Source of the DNA: Verrucomicrobiales bacterium
GTDB lineage: Bacteria; Verrucomicrobiota; Verrucomicrobiia; Verrucomicrobiales; V1-33
Assembly: GCA_031411295.1 (NCBI GenBank)
Contig: JANOAV010000108.1
Location: forward strand, 1 to 38,558
Direction of reading: 5' to 3'
Length of the DNA stretch: 38,558 bases
The position numbers and the translations under genes are program-made. Each line of letters starts with the position of its first letter. The stretch's first letter is position 1. Below the pieces are notes generated by a model, which searched no databases, was not told where the DNA came from, and saw only the letters and a program-made list of their open reading frames with translations. This document shows positions 17,155 through 26,787 of this stretch, piece by piece.

Positions 17155-18663
17155 ATGAACTATACGAACCCTGAACTATTAGCCCGGATCGAAGCCTTTG
17201 CGATCGATGCCCCGGGAGTCGCCCTGAGTTTCACTGCCCGTCTGGCCCGCGAGAATGGCTGGTCCGCCGCCTACGCCGCCCGAGTAGTGACGGAATACAA
17301 ACGCTTCGTCTATCTGGCGATGCAGGCCGGCCATCCCGTCACGCCGAGCGAAGACGTGGATCAAGCCTGGCATCTGCACATGGTCTATACCCGAAGTTAC
17401 TGGACGAAATTCTGCGGAGAAATTCTGCCGCGCCCGCTGCATCACGATCCCACTGCTGGCGGTGCCAGTGAAGGTGCGAAATTCCACGATTGGTATGCCC
17501 GCACGCTGGAGAGTTACGAGCGTGAATTCGGCAGCGCACCGCCTGACGATGTCTGGCCGAGCGTGGCGCAACGTTTCGCTACTGCGGGACAACAACGCTG
17601 GGTGGACCCCGGCCAGTATTGGATCGTGCCGAAGCTGCGTTTACTCAATGGGATACGCGCGTTCGTCGGTAAATTACATCGACCGGGATTGACTGCGCTA
17701 ACATTGCTCATGGTGCTTTCCGTGGCGACTGGGTGCGCCTCCCTGCAAAGCCGCGGAGTCAACGTCTTCGATTGGGATGGCCCGGCGTTTCTTTGGTTCT
17801 ATGTGCTGTGCTTGGGGCTCGCCAGCGTGGTCGCTTATCGACGCAAACGATTGTCGCTCGCAGCCAGCGAGCCTGCGAGTGACGAGGCCCTAGCCCTCGA
17901 CCCCTACAGCCTGGCCTACCTGAAAGGCGGTCCCGCCTTGGTGGCGCAGGCGGCCGTCATGAAGTTGGTTGGGTTGGGATGTCTGGAAGTAAAAAAGGGA
18001 TTCGTGAACGTCACGGTGCAGAAACTTCCGCTGCCAGAAGACATCACTCTGGAGCCCATCGAAAGCAGGCTGCTGGGGGCGCTTAGTCATGAGAGCAAAA
18101 CGATGACCCGTCTGGAGATCATGCCGGCCCTCAAGTCTTCCTTCGAAGAAATTCGCGCCCAACTGGAGCGACGTGGCTTACTCCAATCAGCCGGAGAGCG
18201 CACCTCACAAGGCTGCGCGATCATGCTTCCGATGCTCCTTTGCATGGGACTGGGCATCATCAAAGTCATCGTGGGATTGAGCCGTGATAAACCCGTCTTC
18301 TTCCTCGTCGCGCTCATTGTGATCACCCTCATCCTGGGGATGATCATCGCCAACCGTCCGCACCGAACGCGCAAAGGCAGCGCGATCCTAGGTCAACACC
18401 GCTCGGCCTGGCAGGCGGAGCAGAGCAGCCCCAGTTATGTTGCTAACATGAGCCTCATTCCACTGGCTCTTGCCTGCGGTGGCAACGACGCCTTGGCACC
18501 ATGGGGCCTGGACCAAACCGCCAATCACGTCGGCAAGAACATCGCACCGCAAAGCAATTCCAGCTCAGGCTGCGGCAGCAGCAGCAGTGGCTGCGGGAGC
18601 AGCGGTTGCGGTGGCAGTGGGTGTGGCGGAGGCTGCGGCGGTTGCGGGGGCGGTGGTGACTAA
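17155..18663 (+). CDS. Glycine-rich-domain (GRDP-like) / TIGR04222 membrane protein with Cys-Gly-Ser tail
   Basis: 'RLARENGWS..EYKRF..PSEDVDQAWHLH..YTRSY..FC..LHHDP' N-domain; 'GPAFLWFY..LDPYSLAYLKGG' TIGR04222-like domain; 'KVIVGLSRDKPVFFL'; tail SSSGCGSSSSGCGSSGCGGSGCGGGCGGCGGGGD. ATG 17155 preferred. Confidence 0.85.
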   Translation: MNYTNPELLARIEAFAIDAPGVALSFTARLARENGWSAAYAARVVTEYKRFVYLAMQAGHPVTPSEDVDQAWHLHMVYTRSYWTKFCGEILPRPLHHDPTAGGASEGAKFHDWYARTLESYEREFGSAPPDDVWPSVAQRFATAGQQRWVDPGQYWIVPKLRLLNGIRAFVGKLHRPGLTALTLLMVLSVATGCASLQSRGVNVFDWDGPAFLWFYVLCLGLASVVAYRRKRLSLAASEPASDEALALDPYSLAYLKGGPALVAQAAVMKLVGLGCLEVKKGFVNVTVQKLPLPEDITLEPIESRLLGALSHESKTMTRLEIMPALKSSFEEIRAQLERRGLLQSAGERTSQGCAIMLPMLLCMGLGIIKVIVGLSRDKPVFFLVALIVITLILGMIIANRPHRTRKGSAILGQHRSAWQAEQSSPSYVANMSLIPLALACGGNDALAPWGLDQTANHVGKNIAPQSNSSSGCGSSSSGCGSSGCGGSGCGGGCGGCGGGGD

Positions 18664-18674
18664 GGACCAAGACT

Positions 18675-19355
18675 TCAGGGCCGGTGTTTCATGACGGCAA
18701 AGATTGCCTTGGGAAACACGGCCCGCGTGCCGGGAAATTCCGTATGGCGCAACTCAAGGATCTCCAGGCTTGGCTCAAAGAAATCTCGTATCTCTGCTTC
18801 GGTAAAACAAAATGGCCCGGGCCGTGGAGGTTCCAGAGCACTGAAGCATTTGAAGAAGAACCATCCTTGGGGAGCCAAACATTGCAGAACCGTCTGCAAA
18901 TAATCTGGCCGTCGGGCCGGAGCGATGATGTGGAAGCAGCCACGATCCAGCACTAAATCAAAGCGACTCTTGAGCTGGGTATGCGTCACGTCATCGTAGC
19001 GAAAATCCACTTGGACGTTCGCCTCCTGCGCCAACTTCCGGCCGCCCTCCAGTGCGCCTGCGGAGAAGTCGGTGCAGGTGGCGGTAAATCCTAATTTTGC
19101 CAGAGCGATCGCCTGGGTGCCACTGCCGCCGCCCAAGTCCACGGCACTGCCATGCGACAAGCCGTAATCGGCTAACGCTTTGCTGAAGTCAGGATCAAGC
19201 TCCGCCCAGAACCACGGCATTTGTTCCGGAGAGTGGTTCCGGTAAACGTCCTCGAATCCCCGGGCGGCCTGTTCGCACACCTCTGGCCTAACCGCGCCCG
19301 GTGCTGGCTTTGGAGTCGGGTGATTTTTTTCAAAGAATTGCTTTATAAATCGCAT
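18675..19355 (-). CDS. Class I SAM-dependent methyltransferase (TPMT/TehB-like)
   Basis: 'PW', 'VDLGGGSG', 'DFSAGAL', 'FDLVLDRGCFH'. Start uncertain (19355 or 19391). Confidence 0.88.
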   Translation of the reverse strand: MRFIKQFFEKNHPTPKPAPGAVRPEVCEQAARGFEDVYRNHSPEQMPWFWAELDPDFSKALADYGLSHGSAVDLGGGSGTQAIALAKLGFTATCTDFSAGALEGGRKLAQEANVQVDFRYDDVTHTQLKSRFDLVLDRGCFHIIAPARRPDYLQTVLQCLAPQGWFFFKCFSALEPPRPGPFCFTEAEIRDFFEPSLEILELRHTEFPGTRAVFPKAIFAVMKHRP

Positions 19356-19417
19356 CGTCGTCGCGAGTGGTGAAGGTAAAATTGAGCGCATGAAGCATGC
19401 TAATTTGTAGCGGAAGA

Positions 19418-22090
19418 ATGATAACGAAAATTTATAACTGGCTGCGCCAAGCAAGCAGTCCGGCGGCCTCGCAGCAGAAGCCGCAGAAGCCCCGGGGGGA
19501 GTGGGACTGCATCGTTCCCATTCCGGAAACCTTCAAGGCCTTTCCCGACGAGGCGTTGCATGATTCCGTATGGGCTCGCTTCAGCGCCATCGCCACCATC
19601 CATCGTCATCGCCCTGCGGTGCAAGGCGCAACTTCGGTTTGGAGCTACAAGCAATTAAAACGCAAAGCAGCGACGGTTTGCGCAGCAATCCAGCGGACCG
19701 CACCCAGCCTCGATCAGCCCATCGCCCTGCTGCTGCGGCATGAAATGAAGATGTTGGCGGCCATCCTAGGATCCGTTAAAGCAGGTCGCCCCTACGTTTT
19801 TCTGGATCCCAGTCTCCCTGCCGAACGGCTCCGTTTCTTACTCGCAAACTCCGGGGCGACCCTCGTGATCTTTCACCCGGCCTGTGAAGCCCTGGCTAAA
19901 AGCATCTCCGCGTCCGAAGTTAAGCTATTAAACTTGGCGCAGGCGCTGGCAGCACCGTTGGAGGCGGAGAGCGCTTCCGGCGCAGGTCCGGACAGTGCCT
20001 TGTGTATTAATTACACCTCCGGCACCACCGGAGCCCCCTCAGGGATCATCCGCTCCCACCGGGCACTCTTGGCTAACATCCGGAACATGACCAATCTGGC
20101 GAAAATTGCGCCCAGCGATCGGCTGATCCTGTGCATTTCCCCGGCCTCTGGAGCGGCCGCCATGGATATCTTTGGAGCCCTCCTGAATGGTGCGTGCGTG
20201 GCTCCTTGCGACGTGCGAACTCTGGGAGTTCCGCGCATGATGAACTGGCTGACACAGCAAAAGATCAGCTTCTTTCACGCCGTGCCCACGCTATTTCGCA
20301 GCCTGTGCAAGCTCCTCGAAAACGGTCCCCGCCTGCCAGACCTCCGTTTCGTCCTGCTGGGGGGAGAGGCTGTATTCCGCTCTGATTTAGAATCCTTTCA
20401 ACGATTGTTTCCCGCACCCTGCATTTTCCAAAATGTGCTCGGAATGACGGAGGGGGCCGGGATTCTCTGCAGCTACTTGGCGAACCATCGAACCCGCCTA
20501 ACCGGAGATAGAGTTCCCGTCGGCTATCCCGTGCCGGGCAAAGCCATCAAGATTGTCAATGAGCGGGGAGACGAAGTTCCGTGTGGTGAAGTGGGAGAAA
20601 TAGCAGTCGAAAGTGAGCTACTCTCTCAGGGCTACGTGGGCCAAGCGCGGCGCACCAGTGAGCGCTATCTCGACTTACCGCAAGCCGGCTACAAACGTCT
20701 GCTCACACGCGACTTGGGACGCATCCGCCCGGAGGATCACGCCGTCGAATGGCTGGGGCGCATGGATTCCCAACTCAAGGTGGGCGGGCTGCGCGTAAGC
20801 CCCACCGAAGTCGAAAGTTTATTGCTGCAAAATTCAGCCGTCCAAGAGGCTGTCGTCATCCTGGCCTCGCGCAATCAGCCATCAGCGCAGGGCCGGGAGA
20901 CGCAACTTCTAGCCTGGATCCTAACACGTGAACAACAGGTCATCGATCCTGAGTCCCTCCGCCAACTCTTGCGCGAACACCTCCCGCCCGAAGCGATTCC
21001 GGCTCGTTTCATTAGGCTGACGGAACTCCCGCTGCTGGCCAATGGGAAAGTGGATCGGCAGGCGTTGAACTTGGACCATCCCGCCCTCACCCAGAGCGAA
21101 AGCAGAGGTCTGGAAATGCTTCCTCGGAATGAGATTGAGACGGTTGTGGCCGAGGCTTGGCAACAGGCACTGGGTAAGCCTGCGAATTCCATTTACGATC
21201 ACTTCTTTGAAATGGGAGGGGACTCGCTGGCGGCAGTGAATCTGCTGGCCCAACTCTCGTCCCACTATGGGTTCGAACTGCCAGGCCATACGCTACTCCA
21301 TCATCCCACCATTGCAGGGATCGCGGAAAAGATCCCCATTTGGCGATCAAACAGGGCCGACTCCGCCGTCCTTTCTGAGGCCAGCACCCGCTTGGAGATT
21401 CCCGCCGTGGTGGCGCTCTCCAAGGAGGGTGAAGGTCTTCCGCTCTATATTTTACCTGGGGGTCAGGGCAGCGAAGCGGAACTGCTGGTGTTCGCCCAGG
21501 TGCTGGCCCATCTAAGTGAACCACGCCCAGCTTTCGGCTTAAGAATCTCTGCGCTTAGTGAGGTCTTTTCCACAATGGATACGCTGGGAGACATCGCTGC
21601 GCAGATGAACCGGCTTTGTGAAAACAAACCTACCTCCGGACCATGGATTTTGGTAGGCGAATGCGGGGCCGGGTTGCTCGCAGTAGAAATGGCCCGCCAG
21701 CTCTACGAGCATCGGCCCGAGTCGGCCCCGGCCCAAGTGATCCTGCTGGATGTGCGCACCAACTCGCATCTGGCAGAAATTGGTCTCGAAATAAATCACG
21801 GCACGATCCCCGACTACCTCGCTCGCTACTACCAACTAGTCTTCTCATGGGAGCCCAAGCGCTTCCAGTTCCCCCTTCAGCTCATTTCCAGCGAAGCGTT
21901 CCAAGCGAAATCAGCCGATGCCACCCTGGGTTGGAGCAATTATACAGACGCTGCCATCACGACCAACATCGTCCCAGGCGACCACGCCTCCTACATCCGT
22001 CAGCACGCGGGACACGTCGCCCAAGCCTTGGAGCAGGCGATCAACGCGGCCCGAGTCTCAATTGAAAGTTCGGAGGCTAGCGTTCTGTAG
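19418..22090 (+). CDS. Stand-alone NRPS-like enzyme, A-T-TE architecture
   Basis: A-domain motifs YTSGTTGAPSG, LLGGE, GMTE, GEIAV, RDLG, LGRMDSQLK, NGKVDR; carrier FFEMGGDSL; thioesterase GECGAG...PGDH. No condensation domain. Start 19397 or 19418. Confidence 0.9.
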   Translation: MITKIYNWLRQASSPAASQQKPQKPRGEWDCIVPIPETFKAFPDEALHDSVWARFSAIATIHRHRPAVQGATSVWSYKQLKRKAATVCAAIQRTAPSLDQPIALLLRHEMKMLAAILGSVKAGRPYVFLDPSLPAERLRFLLANSGATLVIFHPACEALAKSISASEVKLLNLAQALAAPLEAESASGAGPDSALCINYTSGTTGAPSGIIRSHRALLANIRNMTNLAKIAPSDRLILCISPASGAAAMDIFGALLNGACVAPCDVRTLGVPRMMNWLTQQKISFFHAVPTLFRSLCKLLENGPRLPDLRFVLLGGEAVFRSDLESFQRLFPAPCIFQNVLGMTEGAGILCSYLANHRTRLTGDRVPVGYPVPGKAIKIVNERGDEVPCGEVGEIAVESELLSQGYVGQARRTSERYLDLPQAGYKRLLTRDLGRIRPEDHAVEWLGRMDSQLKVGGLRVSPTEVESLLLQNSAVQEAVVILASRNQPSAQGRETQLLAWILTREQQVIDPESLRQLLREHLPPEAIPARFIRLTELPLLANGKVDRQALNLDHPALTQSESRGLEMLPRNEIETVVAEAWQQALGKPANSIYDHFFEMGGDSLAAVNLLAQLSSHYGFELPGHTLLHHPTIAGIAEKIPIWRSNRADSAVLSEASTRLEIPAVVALSKEGEGLPLYILPGGQGSEAELLVFAQVLAHLSEPRPAFGLRISALSEVFSTMDTLGDIAAQMNRLCENKPTSGPWILVGECGAGLLAVEMARQLYEHRPESAPAQVILLDVRTNSHLAEIGLEINHGTIPDYLARYYQLVFSWEPKRFQFPLQLISSEAFQAKSADATLGWSNYTDAAITTNIVPGDHASYIRQHAGHVAQALEQAINAARVSIESSEASVL

Positions 22091-22095
22091 GCGTG

Positions 22096-25000
22096 TCACA
22101 TCTGCGTGATTTTGATGCGCATGGTGCGCTTGGTTTTGGTTGGGGGCGCGGCGTTGTCCACGACGATGACGGTGGGCGAGGAGCCACCAGCATCGGTCAC
22201 GGAGAAGGCACCGAAACTCTGCGTGATGCCACCGTCTTGGGAGCGCGCGATAGTGGTCCAGGAAGATAGATTGTCGGTCACCTGCACTTCATACATCAGA
22301 TCCGTATAGGCAGCGATACGGGTGAAGGTAGCGGTGAGACGCTTGGTGGTTGGGTTCACGGTCACGGGCGCGAAGTTTGCTTCTCGTGTGGTGGGACTTT
22401 GATTGAGAGCCATTTCGAGGAGGTTGGTGCGGCCGTCCTTATCTGGGTCTGCGGAGAACAGAGCGTTGGAACCCACTAAGCCAGCGGCAGCGGCCCATGT
22501 TTCCAGGGAACTCTTGACCGTGATGGTTAATGATGCGGCTAGGCTGGTGCCTGCGACATTGCTAGCGTTGACCTGCAATGCAAAGCTGCCGGGGCGGTTA
22601 AGCACTCCGGAAAATAAGCCGGTAGCAGCGAACGTAAGTCCACCAGGGAGTGAGCCACTGGCGAGCGCATACGAAGTAGGGCTGTTCGTGGCCGTGGCTT
22701 GGAAGAGGATGTTGCTGCCAACCGTAGCAGCTATGCTGGTGGTGGAGGTCATGACTGGCAACTGCGGAGCGGGAGTCCAGACGACTTCATCCACCCAGCC
22801 CGAGTCCAGCCCGGTCGAGACGCTGCCGTCCTTCTGATACGTCCAGGAGAGGAAATGGGTGCCAGCACCACTGACGGTGGTGGAGCGCTGCGCCCAGCCC
22901 CGCAGTCCGGAGATGGAACTCTGGAGGATGCCGTCGATCTTGAAGTCGAGCACATCACTGCCTGACTCAGAATCCGTTTTCCACCAGAACGTTACTAACC
23001 CTGGGCCATAGACCGTGGCCTGTAGAAATGAGTTCTGGCTATGGGTAACGGGGCCGGAGCGCAACGCATCAATGCCGTCGTGGGTATCTGTCGTTTGGTT
23101 AAACCATACATTTCCTCCAGACCCAGAGGTGTTCCAATTCAGGCCCGCATCAGGTCCGGCAGCCAGCGGCTGGTCAGTAATGGTGAGGTTCAATTGTTGG
23201 ATATTCCAACCATAACTATTGGACACGAAGAGGACGATGGCAGCGCCTCCAGCAGAGAGTGGCACGCCGGAAATGACGCCCGTAGTGCCATTAATCTCCA
23301 AGCCTGGGGGCAGTGATTGTGCTCCGAAGGAAGTGGGGGAATTCGTGGCTTGCATTTGATAGGTATAGGGAACGCCAGTGGTGGCGGTGCTCGTGAGACT
23401 GCTCGTGATGAGTGGCAGCGTGGCACTAGCCGGAGTCACGACCACTTGATCCAGCCAGACCATGTTTGAACCGCCATTGCCGCCATTGTCGCGTGCGAAT
23501 TCCCACCGCAGAATATGCGCTCCCGGGCCGATGTTAACTGCCCGCTGCACCCAATCCTGTTCCCCACTAGCGGTAGCACCGACGGTGCCGTCCACACTGA
23601 AGGTCACCACGTCGGCGTTCGCTTCCGTGCTGGCTTTCCAGAAGAAAGAGACCGTGCCGGGACCAGTAACAGAAGTCTGAGTAAAGGTGGACAAATTGTG
23701 CCGAATGGGGCCGGAATGCGCCGCGTCGGTGCCGTCGCGAGTGGGCGTGGTATCCCCCAGCCACGGGTTATCAATGCCGGTGACCCAAGTTAGACCAGTC
23801 GTGTCCAAAGCAGTGGCGAGCGAGATGTCAGGATAAATATAAAACGTTGGGTAAGTGACCGAGGTGCCACCAGGATTCGTGGCGGTGATTTCTGGAGAAA
23901 ACGTCCCCAGGCTCGTAGGCACCCCGGATACCAAGCCCTTGGAGTCCACGGTCACGCCTGGTGGCAGGGCCCCGGAGGTGACGGCAAAGCCCGTGGGACC
24001 ATTGGTCGCGTTGACTTGCCAAGCCATGGCCTTACCGAGCACGCCGGAAACATAAACATTGCCATTGGGAAACTGTGGCACTTGGGTATAGACAACTTTA
24101 TCCACAAAGCCCGCATTCTGCCCAAAAATGGTTCCTGGGTCCGTGCGATAAATCCACCGCGCATAGTGGGAACCATTGCCAATACTGACCGTGCGCTGCG
24201 CGTAGGTGGTTTCTCCGCCGATGTCAAATTGGTCTGTATTATCAAGCCTGAATGCGAGCCGATCACTAGCATGGGAACTCGTGCGCCAATAAAATGTCAG
24301 CGTGCCCGGACCCGGTAGCAAGGTTTCCAACACGGATTCACTATTCGCCCCAATCGCACCGCTGCGGCCAGCTGCGCCTCCGAAGAAGCTGTCCAACTGC
24401 TGTCCGCTCCAATTTGCTGAACCAGAAGTCGTCCAGGGAAGGAACTGTGCGTCCAACGCCTCCGGTAAGCCGGCCGCAGAATAGACCACGAAATTGAAGA
24501 GCTTGGAATTGCCACCCTGTGCATTCGACACCGCCACCGTGACATCATAGAAGCCTGCAGTAGTGGGCGTGCCACTGATGGCACCAGCGTTGAAGCTCAA
24601 TCCCGGCGGCATCGTGCCGCCCACGGTGTAATAGCTCGTAGGACTGTTCGTGGCCAAGAGCGGGAAATTGTAAGCCACGCCCACGGAAGCGTTAGGAGGC
24701 GGATTGGCGGCATTGATCTGTGGGGAATTGTTGGCCCCTAGCACGGAACCGGAGATGCTATATTGACCCAGATTTCCGTAGCGCGTCCACCCCGTTGCGC
24801 CTGTGCCAACGGCGGTGCCTCTCACAAATAGGTAATAACTTCCCGCCGCCAAGGAACTGGTGACATCTATAACCGCATTACGCGAAGCCCCATCATTGGC
24901 CGATGCGAGCACGGTGCCGGAAGCATTTTGCAGCTCGGCATAGGCATCCAAATTACCGTCCGCCGCCGTGGGTGCTATAGTTAGTTTAAGTGGAGTGGGG

Positions 25001-26673
25001 GTCACCACAGTGATGCGGAAACAGTCCACGTCCGTGCCCGTGTAAATGGTGCCACCGTCGGAAACCGCCCCCCCCACAACATTGAGCACGGCTGCCGTGG
25101 CGATGGTGTCCCCCTTGCCATCATCATCCAGCAGTCCGGATCCACCGCCTGAAACACCACTACCAATAATGGCGATGTCATCCTGCAAGGTGGTGAATCC
25201 ATTGTTCACCGCATTGGCATATTCTCCTTTGCTCCATTGGGCCAACGACGAGTAATTCCCACCCATCATAGCGCTCCAATCATTGGGGGAAGTGCCATGA
25301 CCAGGGTAATAATTTGCATATGCCAGCGGAGGAGAAACCGTGGCTGCGCGGCTGTCATGCATGAGACCAAACGTATGCCCGAGTTCATGGGCAATCATCC
25401 TACCGAAATTTTGCGTCGAAGCAGTTTCCGTGTATCCTGTGTCATAGAAGCCGACCGTGAACCCCCAACACACGATATCCGTGGGGAAGGCCATGGCGCT
25501 ATTCACGAAGCCAACCGGATACGGGGCTAAGCCATTGGAAGGAGGGTTCTCTGGAGTGTTGGAGTCAAAACCGCTGTTCGTCTTAACCGAATCCCGATTC
25601 GCCCAATAGCCCCCGGCAGCAGGAAAGGAGCCGATGGCCGCAAAGCCTGTTCTGAGCGTGCTCCATTGGGTGGTGGTCAGCACGATGCGCATGCGTCTCC
25701 CGGCGGAGGCAGCGGTGTATTTCGTGCGGTCGGTGGTCACATTAACATTGAAGGGGCGGTAGTCCTCGGAGAGGTGACTCCAGAGCGTGAGCATCTGAGC
25801 GTTGGTAAGTCCGGCGGCGGCGTAAGTGACCGTGCGACCAGCATTCCAAAAAGCCGAGGTGAGGCTCCCGCCCTCGAAATCAAGATAGAGCACGGACGTG
25901 GCGGTGGGCCGGCTGGAGCAAGCGGGCACGCCCGTGCCACCCGGGCTCAGGGCAACGATGCCGCCGCTGCCCACTCCTGCGGGTGGCGTCGGAAGAGCAG
26001 CCGCGGTGGTGGGTGCGGTGGGCAACCCATCTGGTCCGACGCAGACAAGTTCCGATGCTGGGATCTCCTCCAGTGCCAGCGCTCCCGTTTCCATCTGCGT
26101 AAACCGCCAGGCCAAGCGTTGATTCCAGAGCAGCACGCATCCCGAAATGGCTGCGGGCTCCGATTCCTCCGCCAGATAAATCGAGCCCTCGTGCTGGCCG
26201 ACCTCACCACCCAACGTCCAGAGGGTTGGCTTAGCCTCATCTGCGCGGCTGTAGTTTACTTGCACTGGCAGGGGAGGGCGACCAGGGAGGGGTAAACTCC
26301 ATCGACTCCCTTCCTTGAGCGTGGATAATTTCGGAAGCGATTCAGCGACCAGCGTAACCCGTCGCAATCCCTCTTCCTGCGGGTGCGGACGCGCCGACAG
26401 ATCCAACCCGCCATCCGGGTTCAGACGAAATTGCACCAGCGCCTCCAATGGCTCGCTCACTACAGGCTGCTTCATTGGCGCCGCTGCTGGGGCACCGCTC
26501 ATGAGGGGCGGCATTCCGGTCTGGACGGCAGGTGGTGCTGCTACGGAAGCCTCAGGCGTTGGGGCCGGGTGGCGGCTCAGCGAGATGAACAGGACGGCAC
26601 CTGTGATCATAGCAACGAGGACTGGAAGTATGCGCAGAAGTTTACGAATGGAAGTGTGGCGAGTTTTTTTCAT
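22096..26673 (-). CDS. Large secreted metzincin zinc metalloprotease with PPC domain, putative Ig repeats, three repeated beta-sandwich domains and shared C-terminal domain
   Basis: N-terminal signal/anchor; HELGHTFGLMH and Met-turn SAMMG; 'DVDCFRI..LDAYAEL' PPC; 'LPPGL..G.ISGTP' Ig repeats alternating with 'GPGTLTFYW..D...F..DG..W.Y..D' modules; C-terminal DPDKDGRTNLLEMAL. Confidence 0.88.
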   Translation of the reverse strand: MKKTRHTSIRKLLRILPVLVAMITGAVLFISLSRHPAPTPEASVAAPPAVQTGMPPLMSGAPAAAPMKQPVVSEPLEALVQFRLNPDGGLDLSARPHPQEEGLRRVTLVAESLPKLSTLKEGSRWSLPLPGRPPLPVQVNYSRADEAKPTLWTLGGEVGQHEGSIYLAEESEPAAISGCVLLWNQRLAWRFTQMETGALALEEIPASELVCVGPDGLPTAPTTAAALPTPPAGVGSGGIVALSPGGTGVPACSSRPTATSVLYLDFEGGSLTSAFWNAGRTVTYAAAGLTNAQMLTLWSHLSEDYRPFNVNVTTDRTKYTAASAGRRMRIVLTTTQWSTLRTGFAAIGSFPAAGGYWANRDSVKTNSGFDSNTPENPPSNGLAPYPVGFVNSAMAFPTDIVCWGFTVGFYDTGYTETASTQNFGRMIAHELGHTFGLMHDSRAATVSPPLAYANYYPGHGTSPNDWSAMMGGNYSSLAQWSKGEYANAVNNGFTTLQDDIAIIGSGVSGGGSGLLDDDGKGDTIATAAVLNVVGGAVSDGGTIYTGTDVDCFRITVVTPTPLKLTIAPTAADGNLDAYAELQNASGTVLASANDGASRNAVIDVTSSLAAGSYYLFVRGTAVGTGATGWTRYGNLGQYSISGSVLGANNSPQINAANPPPNASVGVAYNFPLLATNSPTSYYTVGGTMPPGLSFNAGAISGTPTTAGFYDVTVAVSNAQGGNSKLFNFVVYSAAGLPEALDAQFLPWTTSGSANWSGQQLDSFFGGAAGRSGAIGANSESVLETLLPGPGTLTFYWRTSSHASDRLAFRLDNTDQFDIGGETTYAQRTVSIGNGSHYARWIYRTDPGTIFGQNAGFVDKVVYTQVPQFPNGNVYVSGVLGKAMAWQVNATNGPTGFAVTSGALPPGVTVDSKGLVSGVPTSLGTFSPEITATNPGGTSVTYPTFYIYPDISLATALDTTGLTWVTGIDNPWLGDTTPTRDGTDAAHSGPIRHNLSTFTQTSVTGPGTVSFFWKASTEANADVVTFSVDGTVGATASGEQDWVQRAVNIGPGAHILRWEFARDNGGNGGSNMVWLDQVVVTPASATLPLITSSLTSTATTGVPYTYQMQATNSPTSFGAQSLPPGLEINGTTGVISGVPLSAGGAAIVLFVSNSYGWNIQQLNLTITDQPLAAGPDAGLNWNTSGSGGNVWFNQTTDTHDGIDALRSGPVTHSQNSFLQATVYGPGLVTFWWKTDSESGSDVLDFKIDGILQSSISGLRGWAQRSTTVSGAGTHFLSWTYQKDGSVSTGLDSGWVDEVVWTPAPQLPVMTSTTSIAATVGSNILFQATATNSPTSYALASGSLPGGLTFAATGLFSGVLNRPGSFALQVNASNVAGTSLAASLTITVKSSLETWAAAAGLVGSNALFSADPDKDGRTNLLEMALNQSPTTREANFAPVTVNPTTKRLTATFTRIAAYTDLMYEVQVTDNLSSWTTIARSQDGGITQSFGAFSVTDAGGSSPTVIVVDNAAPPTKTKRTMRIKITQM

Positions 26674-26787
26674 GGTAAGAAAGAAGAGTGTTCGCAACTA
26701 TCTGCGACAATCCTCGACGCGCGTTACGAACGAAAAACTTTTTTCCTTTCACCGATAATTGACGACTCGCGCCTCGGAAGTTGATGC

